DNA of 35,284 bases. Origin: Acidimicrobiia bacterium. Its GTDB lineage: Bacteria; Actinomycetota; Acidimicrobiia; Spongiisociales; UBA5794. Made by a program: the position numbers and the translations under genes. The stretch covers positions 1 to 35,284 of the forward strand of contig JASJHC010000403.1 of NCBI GenBank assembly GCA_033791245.1, written 5' to 3'. How positions within the stretch are numbered: the first letter of the stretch is position 1; every line of letters begins with the position of its first letter. Below are positions 24,388-32,931 of the stretch, one piece after another. A model generated the notes under the pieces. The model was not told where the DNA came from. It was given only the letters and a program-made list of their open reading frames with translations, and made no database searches.

Positions 24388-25740
24388 ATGTCCCTGTGGG
24401 GCGGCAGATTCGAGGAGGGCCCGGCCGAGTTGTTGTGGCGGTTCACCGTCGATCGTTCTGATCGGCGTTTGCTGGTCGACGACATTGAAGGCTCCGTAGC
24501 CCACGCCGCGATGCTGGCCGATGTCGGGATACTAAGTGCGGAAGAAGCCACCGCGATTGCCGATGGTCTGGCCGCGGTGCTGGAGGAGGCCCGCTCCGGC
24601 GAGTTTGAGTGGTCCGATGGCGATGAAGATGTGCACTCGGCAGTCGAAAGGCGTCTTGGTGAGCTCATCGGTCCGTTGGCGGGCAAACTGCATACCGGCC
24701 GGTCCCGCAATGACCAGATCTGTCTCGACTTGCGGTTGTACCTGCGGCGGGCCGCCGATGCACGTGCGGTTCAGGTTGTAGACCTGGTGCGGGTGTTGAT
24801 GCACCTCGCGGAGGAGGTTGGCGATACGGTCGTTGCCTCATACACCCATGTGCAGCAGGCACAAGCCGTGCCGCTGGCGCATCATCTTCTGGCCTATGCC
24901 TGGATGTTGGTACGGGACCGTGATCGGTTCCAGGATGCCTGTTCCCGTATTGACATGTCGCCCCTCGGCGCTGGTGCTTCGGCGGGGAGTCGGTTGCCGC
25001 TGGATCCGGCCAACAGTGCGGAGAGACTCGGCTTCTCTTCTGTCTTTGCCAATTCGATGGATGCGGTTGCGTCCCGGGACTTCGTTGCGGAATATGCCTT
25101 CTGCTGTGCACAGACGATGGTGACCTTGTCGCGGCTGTCCGAGGAGTTGGTGCTGTGGGCAAGCGAGGAGTACTCGTGGGCGACGTTTGATGATGCCTTC
25201 ACGACGGGCTCATCGGCCATGCCGCAGAAGAAGAACCCCGATATTGCCGAGCTGGCCAGGGGCAAGACGGCAACTGTCATCGGGGACCTCACCGGTCTCA
25301 TGACGCTGCAGAAGGGGCTTCCCCTCACCTACAACAGGGACCTGCAGGAGGACAAGCGGGCCGTCTTCCATGCAGACGACACGGTGTCGTTGGCGCTGGC
25401 GGCATTGGGCGGGATGATCGAGAGTGCGGTGTTTCACCCGCCGCAGCCTTCCTCGATGGTGACGGCTCTCGATCTTGCCGAGATCCTGGTGAACCGTGGT
25501 GTTCCTTTCCGGCAAGCCCATGAGGTTGTTGGTGGTCTGGTCGCCGGTTTGGTTGCGGAAGGACGCACACTTTCGGATACCACGGCTGCCGAGCTGGAGG
25601 CGGCCCATTCCCAATTGTCTGCGGACGATCTCGCTTCACTGACTCCGGCCGCCTCGGTGGCGGACCGGGTTACCGCCGGTGGTGGTTCGATGGAGTCGGT
25701 GCAGACTCAGCTGGCTGCCTTGCGCGAGCTGTTCGGATAG
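24388..25740 (+). CDS. argH: Argininosuccinate lyase
   Basis: It begins MSLWGGRFEEGP, has YTHVQQAQAV, and carries the fumarate-lyase signature GSSAMPQKKNPD. Confidence 0.95.
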   Translation: MSLWGGRFEEGPAELLWRFTVDRSDRRLLVDDIEGSVAHAAMLADVGILSAEEATAIADGLAAVLEEARSGEFEWSDGDEDVHSAVERRLGELIGPLAGKLHTGRSRNDQICLDLRLYLRRAADARAVQVVDLVRVLMHLAEEVGDTVVASYTHVQQAQAVPLAHHLLAYAWMLVRDRDRFQDACSRIDMSPLGAGASAGSRLPLDPANSAERLGFSSVFANSMDAVASRDFVAEYAFCCAQTMVTLSRLSEELVLWASEEYSWATFDDAFTTGSSAMPQKKNPDIAELARGKTATVIGDLTGLMTLQKGLPLTYNRDLQEDKRAVFHADDTVSLALAALGGMIESAVFHPPQPSSMVTALDLAEILVNRGVPFRQAHEVVGGLVAGLVAEGRTLSDTTAAELEAAHSQLSADDLASLTPAASVADRVTAGGGSMESVQTQLAALRELFG

Positions 25741-25807
25741 CGGTGCGCCGTCTGCGTTGGGTGACGAGTACCTGAAGCTGTGCGGGGGACCGTGGCAGAA
25801 TGGTCCC

Positions 25808-26167
25808 ATGAGGCGAATCGGTCCAAGTGCGGTTGTGGTGGCGCTCCTGCTGAGCGCCTGTGGCCCGAGCTCCCGCCTTGAGGTTGAGACGAACAGCGGT
25901 GGTGTTCTCGATTGTCCGTCTGAGACCATCTTGTATGCGATGGTCGACGGTGACTCCTCTAAGCCGGGGGCCACCACGCCACTCGAAGAGGCAGCCGCGT
26001 GGATTGGCGGCGAGTTCTTGCCGGATGGCATACCGAGCATCGAGTCCGAGTCTGGCAATGGAGCGATTGTTGTGGTCGTGGATTTCGATGGGAATCGGGT
26101 GGGCCGGGTCTTGATGGTTCACCACGAGACCGGTTGGTTTGTCCAGTCCACCGCGGCCTGCGGTTAG
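25808..26167 (+). CDS. Small lipoprotein of unknown function
   Basis: ATG 25808 gives MRRIGPSAVVVALLLSACGPSS, which has a lipobox (LLSAC). Length is 119 aa. Confidence 0.55.
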   Translation: MRRIGPSAVVVALLLSACGPSSRLEVETNSGGVLDCPSETILYAMVDGDSSKPGATTPLEEAAAWIGGEFLPDGIPSIESESGNGAIVVVVDFDGNRVGRVLMVHHETGWFVQSTAACG

Positions 26168-26513
26168 GCGATTGACATGCGCGACGAAGAAGACATGTCG
26201 GGTTGGTGGATCTGGGGGTTTGGGAGACGTGGCACGTCTACGGCGATCGGCCGCTGGTCGTGTAGGTATGACCGAGCGGCGTCGTGAACAAGTAGTCGCC
26301 GCCACCGACAGCCTGTTCCATTCCGATACGTATTCCCCGAGGAACTCGATCTGATGGCTCGGCTTGCAGGCATGACAAGATTCGGGCGATGGGCAGGTTG
26401 GGACTACGAATCCTTCACCGACGAAAGCACCCAGCATGTCTCGGTCTGGGAGAAGGACGGGGCGCAGCCGATCCCGAAGACGCAGGTTGCGCCGTCGCCA
26501 AAACCAGTTGCGT

Positions 26514-26918
26514 TCATGTCCGTGGGTCCGGCGAAAGCAGATCCCAACGGTTGCCTTCGATATCGAGAAACACCGCGATCTGCCCGTAGGCCTCCGGGCG
26601 CGGTTCGGAAACGAACTCCACCCCCGCGTCGCGCATCCGTTGGTGGGTGGTATCGAAGTCGTCTACGCGAAGGAAGAATCCGACCCGTCCACCGAATTGG
26701 TCCCCAATTCGGTCTGCTTGGCGCTCACCGTCTGCTTGGGCCAGGAGCAGTCCGGTCTGTGCGTTCCGCGGCTTGACGACGATCCAACGTTTCGGTCGTC
26801 CGTCGTTGGTCAGAGAGGGTGAATCGTCTACAAGCTCGAAGTCGAGCACATCGACGAAGAACCTGAGTGCGGTGTCGTAGTCACGCACGATGAGGGTGAC
26901 GAGATCAAGATGTGCCAT
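26514..26918 (-). CDS. VOC / glyoxalase-bleomycin-resistance-dioxygenase family protein
   Basis: It reads MAHLDLVTLIVRDYDTALRFFVDVLDFELVDD...GFFLRVDDFDTTHQRMRDAGVEF...AVFLDIEGNRWDLL, the typical paired beta-alpha-beta-beta-beta pattern. Confidence 0.85.
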   Translation of the reverse strand: MAHLDLVTLIVRDYDTALRFFVDVLDFELVDDSPSLTNDGRPKRWIVVKPRNAQTGLLLAQADGERQADRIGDQFGGRVGFFLRVDDFDTTHQRMRDAGVEFVSEPRPEAYGQIAVFLDIEGNRWDLLSPDPRT

Positions 26919-27285
26919 TGGATGGATACCTCACAGATTCACGGCTTGAGCTGACGCATTGTCTCGCACATCATCCTGACACCGCAACGGTCGGATCTCG
27001 GACACCACGCGGTATTGACCCAGGAGGCTGCCAGCGAGACAATGAACAGGAATGCGAATTGGTCTCCACCCTTGTTCACGTCGTCGCCGAGGAACCCCTC
27101 GGCTTGCCGATACCGTGACGCGTCGCCGGCCCAACCGTCGGCAACTCGAACGCTCCCATGACGCCCGCAAGCGTCACGTAACCGCGGCGAACAAGCACGG
27201 GATGGGTTACAACGGCCTCTAGCTGTCGCGTCCTGTCTCTAGTTTCAAGACCGAGGTCAGCTGTCAGTCGCCGGCGATCCGGGCC

Positions 27286-27410
27286 TCTTGAACTTGCGTA
27301 TATTGCGCCGGTATTTCGGCCCCGTCTACGCAAGAACCCAGGGGCGCCCCGGGTTTCTTGAACTTGCGTATATGCCGCCGGTATCCCGGCGCCGGCTACG
27401 CAAGAACCCA
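27286..27410. repeat. Two tandem 70-bp units, each an extended hairpin with outer stem CTTGCGTA/TACGCAAG
   Basis: TCTTGAACTTGCGTATAT...CTACGCAAGAACCCA occurs at 27286-27340 and again at 27356-27410. In unit 2 the inner stem is CGCCGG-TATC-CCGGCG. The GC palindrome AACCCAGGGGCGCCCCGGGTT lies between the units. Confidence 0.75.
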
Positions 27411-27484
27411 ACGGCGGCGCGGGATGCCGGATCGCGTCATATGATTGTGAGTAGCAATTCACCTGTTCAAGCACTGGGGCCGAA

Positions 27485-27679
27485 ATGGAAACTGAAGAAG
27501 ATCGGTCCGAGCGACACGACCGAGAACGCAAGGAATCGGCCGAGCGCTACGAGATTGAGCGCAAAGCGTCACACGAGCGTGACGCCCGAGAGCGTGAAGA
27601 GTCACGCGAACGTGCCACTAAGCAACGCAAAGAAGATCACGAGCGCCACCGCCAAGAGCGCAAGCAAAGGCCGATGTAG
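27485..27679 (+). CDS. Candidate 64-aa Glu/Arg/Lys-rich protein (coding status uncertain)
   Basis: The ORF encodes METEEDRSERHDRERKESAERYEIERKASHERDAREREESRERATKQRKEDHERHRQERKQRPM. It sits in an otherwise non-coding stretch. Only a weak GGGG lies upstream of the ATG, and I recognised no family. Confidence 0.3.
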   Translation: METEEDRSERHDRERKESAERYEIERKASHERDAREREESRERATKQRKEDHERHRQERKQRPM

Positions 27680-27683
27680 TCGA

Positions 27684-28805
27684 CTAGAGACTGCTGAGAG
27701 CGTCCATCGGGTCGGTGTATTCGTAGCCCAGTTCACTGGCAACGGCCTTGTCGGTCACCAGTCCGCCGCACACATTGAGCCCGTTGCGCAAATGTGGGTC
27801 ATCGGTTAGCGCTTGACGCACCCCTTTGGTTGCCAGCGCCAAAGCGCGGGGGAGAGTCACTGTGTTCAGTGCTGCGGTCGACGTCTTCGGCACTGCCCCC
27901 GGCATGTTGGCAACGCAGTAGTGGACTGTGTCGTCGACAATGTATGTCGGCTCGGTGTGTGTTGTCGGATGTGATGTCTCGAAACACCCACCCTGGTCGA
28001 TGGCCACATCGACTAATACCGAACCAGGCCGCATGCGCGGCACCATGTCTGCGGTGACCAACTTGGGCGCACGAGCACCCTTGACCAGTACCGCACCAAT
28101 CACCAGGTCGGCGTCGATGACCTCTTCGTCCAATGCTGTGGCGGTTGAATAGATGGTGGTGAGGGCGGGACCGAAATGTCGGCCCAGCTTGTCGAGCACG
28201 TCAACGTTGTTGTCGAGCAACGTTACGTTCGCACCCATGCCGAGAGCGACATCGATGGCGTTCTCTCCAACAACGCCACCACCGATGACAACCACATTGG
28301 CGGGGGCGACACCGGCGATTCCGCCGAGCAAGATTCCGGATCCACCGTGCACGCTCTCTAACGCCGTCGCTCCGGCTTGTACCGAGAGACGTCCCGCGAC
28401 TCGAGACATTGGGGCAAGGAGCGGCAGGCCACCGTTGTTGTCGGTGACTGTCTCGTAGGCGATACAGATTGCTCCGCTGGCGACGAGGTCTTTGGCTTGA
28501 TCCGGATCCGGAGCGAGGTGGAGGTAGGTGAACAGGATCTGGTTCTTCCGCAGCATCGCCCGCTCTTGGGGCTGCGGTTCCTTGACCTTCACCACCATGT
28601 CTGCGGTGGCGAATATGTCAGCGGCTGAGGAAATGATGGTGGCTCCGGCTGCTTCGTAGTCGGTATCGGCAACGCCCACACCAAAGCCGGCGCCGGATTC
28701 AACGATGACTTCCTGACCGTGGCGGACCAGTTCACGGATCGAAGGTGGTTTCAGACCAACCCGGAGTTCGGCAACTTTGATTTCCTTGGGCACACCAACG
28801 ATCAC
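27684..28805 (-). CDS. ald: L-alanine dehydrogenase
   Basis: It begins MIVGVPKEIKVAELRVGL, has the NAD motif VVVIGGGVVGENA, and fits the AlaDH pattern over all 373 aa. Confidence 0.95.
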   Translation of the reverse strand: MIVGVPKEIKVAELRVGLKPPSIRELVRHGQEVIVESGAGFGVGVADTDYEAAGATIISSAADIFATADMVVKVKEPQPQERAMLRKNQILFTYLHLAPDPDQAKDLVASGAICIAYETVTDNNGGLPLLAPMSRVAGRLSVQAGATALESVHGGSGILLGGIAGVAPANVVVIGGGVVGENAIDVALGMGANVTLLDNNVDVLDKLGRHFGPALTTIYSTATALDEEVIDADLVIGAVLVKGARAPKLVTADMVPRMRPGSVLVDVAIDQGGCFETSHPTTHTEPTYIVDDTVHYCVANMPGAVPKTSTAALNTVTLPRALALATKGVRQALTDDPHLRNGLNVCGGLVTDKAVASELGYEYTDPMDALSSL

Positions 28806-28894
28806 GGCATCAGCTCCCTGTGGGTTCGGCTACTGCATTAAGATTATCTGGAGAGTGGCCGTATGTGGTTGCGATCTGCTGTGTCGTATCCGGC

Positions 28895-28916
28895 TATTGC
28901 GCAATAATATTGCGCC
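28895..28916. promoter_or_regulatory. Candidate Lrp/AldR operator: TATTGCGC direct repeat containing the 10-bp palindrome ATTGCGCAAT
   Basis: The sequence TATTGCGCAATAATATTGCGCC is read directly. It lies in the 137-bp divergent ald-lrp intergenic region, 27 nt upstream of the regulator start. Confidence 0.4.
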
Positions 28917-28942
28917 GCAGAACCGAAAAGCGAAGGATTATT

Positions 28943-29410
28943 GTGACGTATCATCTCGACCCCACGGACCGAGCGATCTTGGCCGTACTTGGAGATGATG
29001 GGCGTATCAGCAATGTGGCCCTTGCGGAGAAGGTGCACTTGTCCCCGTCAGCATGCTTGCGCCGACTGCGCCGTCTCGAAGACGGTGGTGTCATCGATCG
29101 TTATGCGGCTGTCATCGATCCGGCCAAGATCGGGAAAGCCACCTCGGTATTCGTTGATATCTCCCTGTCGAGCCAGCGTGATGACCTTCTCGACTCCTTC
29201 GAGGCCGCGGTCAAGGACGTCCCTGGAGTGATGAGCTGTCACCTGATGGCCGGCGACGCCGACTATGTCGTTCAGATCCTGTGCGCCGACGTGGAGGACT
29301 ACGAACGGATCCATCGCAGCTACTTGTCTCGGCTGCCCGGCGTGATCAGGCTTCGCTCCAGCTTTGCGCTGCGCACCGTCTGCTCAAAACCCGCCTACGA
29401 GATCGAATAG
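28943..29410 (+). CDS. Lrp/AsnC-family transcriptional regulator (AldR-like by context)
   Basis: I chose GTG 28943, which follows GAAGGA. It has LDPTDRAILAVLGDDGRISNVALAEKVHLSPSACLRRLRRLEDGGVI and an AsnC_trans_reg C-terminal domain. It is divergent from ald, as in mycobacteria. Confidence 0.9.
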   Translation: MTYHLDPTDRAILAVLGDDGRISNVALAEKVHLSPSACLRRLRRLEDGGVIDRYAAVIDPAKIGKATSVFVDISLSSQRDDLLDSFEAAVKDVPGVMSCHLMAGDADYVVQILCADVEDYERIHRSYLSRLPGVIRLRSSFALRTVCSKPAYEIE

Positions 29411-29436
29411 CTGAGCTGGAGCTATTCACCACCCTC

Positions 29437-29814
29437 CTAGTGATGCGTCATCGCATCGGTTCCGGCGATCCGAGCACGGTAGGTGGCGATAGCCCTCTCG
29501 CCTATACGTTCCGGAGGCTCGTTTGTCCGGTCTCCCTGTTCAACGAGCCACTGCCATAGATCCGGTCGAACCGCCATCGAACCGGCGCGGTGGGCACCCG
29601 GGCGCATCAACATAACGAACAGAACTACAAGCAGCCCGATCATGAAGAAGACCGCAACCAAGATGGCGCGGGCAAACGGGTCGCCATGCCATATCTGCAC
29701 CGAACCGCCGCTCGCCTCCGGGATCCGGAAAGCTCTAAACAGATACACAAAGATGTAGACACCGCTGTAGATCAAGAAACTAACCAGTGCAACCAGGGCG
29801 AGCACTCTCTTCAT
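29437..29814 (-). CDS. Hypothetical 125-aa membrane protein (2 TM plus soluble tail), last gene of the four-gene operon
   Basis: The TM helices are VLALVALVSFLIYSGVYIFVYLF and AILVAVFFMIGLLVVLFVML. The start lies 1 nt after the stop of the preceding gene. Confidence 0.55.
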   Translation of the reverse strand: MKRVLALVALVSFLIYSGVYIFVYLFRAFRIPEASGGSVQIWHGDPFARAILVAVFFMIGLLVVLFVMLMRPGAHRAGSMAVRPDLWQWLVEQGDRTNEPPERIGERAIATYRARIAGTDAMTHH

Positions 29815-29815
29815 G

Positions 29816-30343
29816 TCATGGCTCCCTTTCGATGTTGCGGACTGCTTCCTGGTGGTCGGCGTCAGTGGGGAGGACGATGCGTCCCAAAGAGGTTTCTCTA
29901 ATGAGTCTCATCACCGGCCTCGGTAGTGATTTGTACATGGTGGCCACTACTACACAGAGCATGGCCACAGCTAGCAAGGCCGCCCCGAACCCATAGCCAA
30001 GACCGATGGCCCAGGGGCTCTCGTAGAACAACCCGAGGCGGTCGTCGTAGAACCGGTTGCCAACAATCACTGAGACTGCACCGGCGACAATGGCAGCGAC
30101 AGCGAGGCCCAGATAGGTCAGCCGGCTGCGGAGACCGCGGCGAAGGAACCAAGGTTCGCGGAGCCGATACCCGGCCGCATCTATAGCATCGCCGATCGCC
30201 CCGTAGGTGCCGACGACCACATTGTGTTTCCTGCGGAGGCTGCTGTGCGGAAAGAGGCGACGCAGTGCATCTGAGATGAGTAATGCACCCGAGATGAGGA
30301 TTCCCACCCCCATCAGGCTTGGGAAGAACACAGCAATAGTCAT
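29816..30343 (-). CDS. Hypothetical 175-aa membrane protein (about 4 TM), third gene of the four-gene operon
   Basis: It has hydrophobic helices, e.g. IAVFFPSLMGVGILISGALLI, LTYLGLAVAAIVAGAVSVIV and FGAALLAVAMLCVVVATM. The start overlaps the dikinase stop (ATGA). Confidence 0.55.
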   Translation of the reverse strand: MTIAVFFPSLMGVGILISGALLISDALRRLFPHSSLRRKHNVVVGTYGAIGDAIDAAGYRLREPWFLRRGLRSRLTYLGLAVAAIVAGAVSVIVGNRFYDDRLGLFYESPWAIGLGYGFGAALLAVAMLCVVVATMYKSLPRPVMRLIRETSLGRIVLPTDADHQEAVRNIEREP

Positions 30344-32931
30344 GGCGATTCCGGTTTCTGTCGATCGACGAATCCGAGTGTTCCATCGACAAGCACGGAG
30401 TCTCCATCGTTGAGGACGCGGGTCGCTTGGGGAACGTTGAGGACGGCGGGTAGTCCTAATTCACGAGCCACGATGGCGGCGTGGGAGAGCGGCCCGCCCG
30501 TTTCGAGGACGATCGCACCGGCGGTGAGGAACAGGGGCGTCCAGGACGGGTCGGTCGCGTGGGCCACCAGGACGTCGCCGCGCTCCAGGGCAACACCATC
30601 GGCCAGCGACGCAATAACACGGACCGCGCCGGTTGCTTGCCCCGGACTCGTCGCCCAGCCTTGGAGTCGGTTGCCGGTCGGGGCCTCGCGGAGCTCGATG
30701 TTGTCGGGTCGTCCCCTGAACCAGTCTGGGAGCGGGCCCGCCGCATTGCAGACGGTGGCGGTCTCGCGACGGGCCTCCAGTTCGTTCTTGTCGACACCAC
30801 ACGATCCGAAGAGCATTCCCTCGAGCTCAGCATCTGTCAGGTATCCGACGAGGTCAGGGTTGGGGAGTTGGCGCGACGCGGCGAGCCGTCTGCTGGCTTC
30901 GAGAATGGTGCGGCGTTCTTCTCCACCGAGGACAAGAAGGGCACTCTTGGCCTGTTCCCGAAGTTCGAGGAAACGTGTGGTTTCGGCAGTCTGGCGTCGT
31001 AGCCAGCGTGCCCGCATGTCTACGAACTGGCCTGTGAGGATGCGCGTTCTCCGCCACTTCTTGTCGGAGGAGAGATGCTGATACAGCCTGGAGAATGCAT
31101 CGTCATCGGTTGATGTTGGTGTCGGACGTGGCGTCGCTTGCCGGTCGAGATTCTGGAGTTGGTTCCAGATCCAGACATCGTCCTCGGTCCACGATACATC
31201 TCCGTATACGGCTTTCGAGCCCATGGCTCGCAGCACGACGTCGAGGGCATTTAGAAACTCGGGACCTTGATCAGGAAGCGCTCCGATCTTGGTGCGCAAT
31301 CCAGATGGGGACCCGTTGATGAGTGCTCGAATGGCGGGAGTTCCATGGCTATTGAGCACGGCGGCCAGGCCGGTATTGCGATCACCCCGCAAGGTGCTGG
31401 TATTCATTTCTTGTTGGGTGAGCATCTGTGCCCACGAGACGGCTTGGTCTTCGGTCATCCAGCGTTCCAAGAGCAGCTCCAACGCACGATAAGTGGCTCC
31501 GGCCGCACTGGACGCTCCTACTTCGGCGGTGTAGCCCCGCCAGGCAAGGTCTCGGATCCTCTGTCGATAGGCAACAAGACTTCTGACCGGCAGGGTCGAG
31601 ATATCGATGTCGAGCTGGGCAATTGCCTGCGCCGCGGCCGCGGTCAGCTGCACTTCGTCGAAGATCCGTTTGTGGGCTTGTCTGGAACGCAACGCGGCGA
31701 AGAGATGAACCCCACTTGATTTCGCACCAGGGTCTTCGGCGATGGTGTGGCCGAGATACTGGCGTTCCACCTCTGCGGGGTCTCCGCCTGGCAGTGATGC
31801 AGCAACTGCGCAGATAGCGGAAAGGTCGAGCACTGCTCTCCCACGGAACCGAGAGACGAGGGGACGGTTGTCTGGCGGGGTGTCTCCACCAAGATCGGCA
31901 AAGGTGGAGCGGAATGCGTTCTCCAGCATGGGGGCGTTGATCGTCCACAACAGTGGAGACACGACTCCGGGGAGCATCTCAATGACACCGTGTGGTGTGT
32001 AGGTGGCCTGATTGTGGTGGTCGCTATCGAAACCATCATCGATGCTCGATGCTGCGACAGGATCGGTGATGGGGCGTACCTGCAGTAGAGATATCCCGTT
32101 GCTGTCGTAAGCCCACTCGATGTCTTGGGGGCGGCCGAGAGACGATTCGATTCGTAGCGCGAGACGGGCCAGATCCTCTAGGAAGATCAGTTCGTCCGGG
32201 TTGGTCGCCGAGACGATTTCGAGGGTGTCCTTGCGGATCAGGAAATCGGAGGGAGTGACCTTCCCGGATACCAGGGCCTCGCCCATTCCGCGTACCGCCT
32301 CGATTCTGATCAGGTGCTCGCGGCCTCCGGGGTCCTTGGTGAAAGCGACGCCGGACCACTGTGGATTGACTTGTCGCTGCACTACCACACCCATGGCGAG
32401 GCTCTTGTGCGAGATTCGATGGCGACGTCTGTAGGCACGAGCCGCCGGCATCCACAGTGATGCCCAGCAGCGCCGTATCGCGGTTTCGAGTTCGGCGATC
32501 GTCGTCACGTCGGTGACGGTCAGGTATTGACCAGCGAAAGATGCCTCCACCATGTCCTCAGCTGTCGCCGACGAACGGACCGCAACCGGACCGCCGCTCA
32601 ACAGAGTGTCTCCGATACGCTTGATGGTTGCTGCCACGGTTTCCGGCAAGGGTGCCGCCAGGAACGTGCGCTCAATAGCAGCCGCTTCCGCAACGAGGTG
32701 ATCTGGCTTGGGGAGAGCTGACGTTCGAAGATCCTCGACCAGAAGCTGCAGGCTGTTGTCGGAGACAGCCTCGTTGTATGCGGCTGTGGTCAATACTGCG
32801 GTTGCGGGAATCGGATAGCCATGAGCCAGCAGCAGATCGAGACCGGCCGCCTTGCCGCCGACGGCAAGCGGATCGTGTCGAGATCCGTCTAGGAAAGTGA
32901 ATAGAGGAGCTTGTCCCCTGGTGGCGATCAT
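30340..32931 (-). CDS. PEP-utilising-enzyme-family dikinase: N-terminal PPDK_N/ATP-grasp, large central domain, C-terminal swivelling His domain (architecture like rifampicin phosphotransferase)
   Basis: The N-terminus has AVGGKAAGLDLLLAHGYPIPATAVLTT and VAVRSSATAEDMVEASFAGQY. The C-terminus has GQATGAVRVI...GDVLVAHATDPSWTPLF..AGAIVLETGGPLSHAAIVARELGLPAV. Length is 863 aa. Confidence 0.85.
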   Translation of the reverse strand: MIATRGQAPLFTFLDGSRHDPLAVGGKAAGLDLLLAHGYPIPATAVLTTAAYNEAVSDNSLQLLVEDLRTSALPKPDHLVAEAAAIERTFLAAPLPETVAATIKRIGDTLLSGGPVAVRSSATAEDMVEASFAGQYLTVTDVTTIAELETAIRRCWASLWMPAARAYRRRHRISHKSLAMGVVVQRQVNPQWSGVAFTKDPGGREHLIRIEAVRGMGEALVSGKVTPSDFLIRKDTLEIVSATNPDELIFLEDLARLALRIESSLGRPQDIEWAYDSNGISLLQVRPITDPVAASSIDDGFDSDHHNQATYTPHGVIEMLPGVVSPLLWTINAPMLENAFRSTFADLGGDTPPDNRPLVSRFRGRAVLDLSAICAVAASLPGGDPAEVERQYLGHTIAEDPGAKSSGVHLFAALRSRQAHKRIFDEVQLTAAAAQAIAQLDIDISTLPVRSLVAYRQRIRDLAWRGYTAEVGASSAAGATYRALELLLERWMTEDQAVSWAQMLTQQEMNTSTLRGDRNTGLAAVLNSHGTPAIRALINGSPSGLRTKIGALPDQGPEFLNALDVVLRAMGSKAVYGDVSWTEDDVWIWNQLQNLDRQATPRPTPTSTDDDAFSRLYQHLSSDKKWRRTRILTGQFVDMRARWLRRQTAETTRFLELREQAKSALLVLGGEERRTILEASRRLAASRQLPNPDLVGYLTDAELEGMLFGSCGVDKNELEARRETATVCNAAGPLPDWFRGRPDNIELREAPTGNRLQGWATSPGQATGAVRVIASLADGVALERGDVLVAHATDPSWTPLFLTAGAIVLETGGPLSHAAIVARELGLPAVLNVPQATRVLNDGDSVLVDGTLGFVDRQKPESP

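Noticed and set aside
25670-26437. 255-aa minus-strand ORF overlapping the argH end, the lipoprotein gene and the gap
   Set aside because: It is Arg/Pro-rich low-complexity sequence antisense to better-supported genes. It has no start context and no motifs.
26354-26776. 140-aa plus-strand ORF beginning MARLAGMTRFGRWAGWDYESF
   Set aside because: Its downstream two-thirds runs antisense through the well-supported VOC gene. Only the first ~53 codons are in free space, and I recognised no family.
27445-27462. TTGTGAGTAGCAATTCAC, reminiscent of Rex (TTGTGAA-N4-TTCACAA) or CRP/GlxR (TGTGA-N6-TCACA) operators
   Set aside because: The half-site spacing is 8 nt between TGTGA and TCAC, two more than in either consensus, and the right half-site is incomplete.
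26931-27531. 79-aa and 151-aa minus-strand ORFs and a 173-aa plus-strand ORF (27288-27809) in the ald-VOC spacer
   Set aside because: They are highly Arg/Ser/Gly-rich, mutually overlapping, and read through the tandem hairpin repeats or into ald. I saw no motifs. I also looked for a decayed gene in all three minus frames and found only short stop-interrupted stretches.
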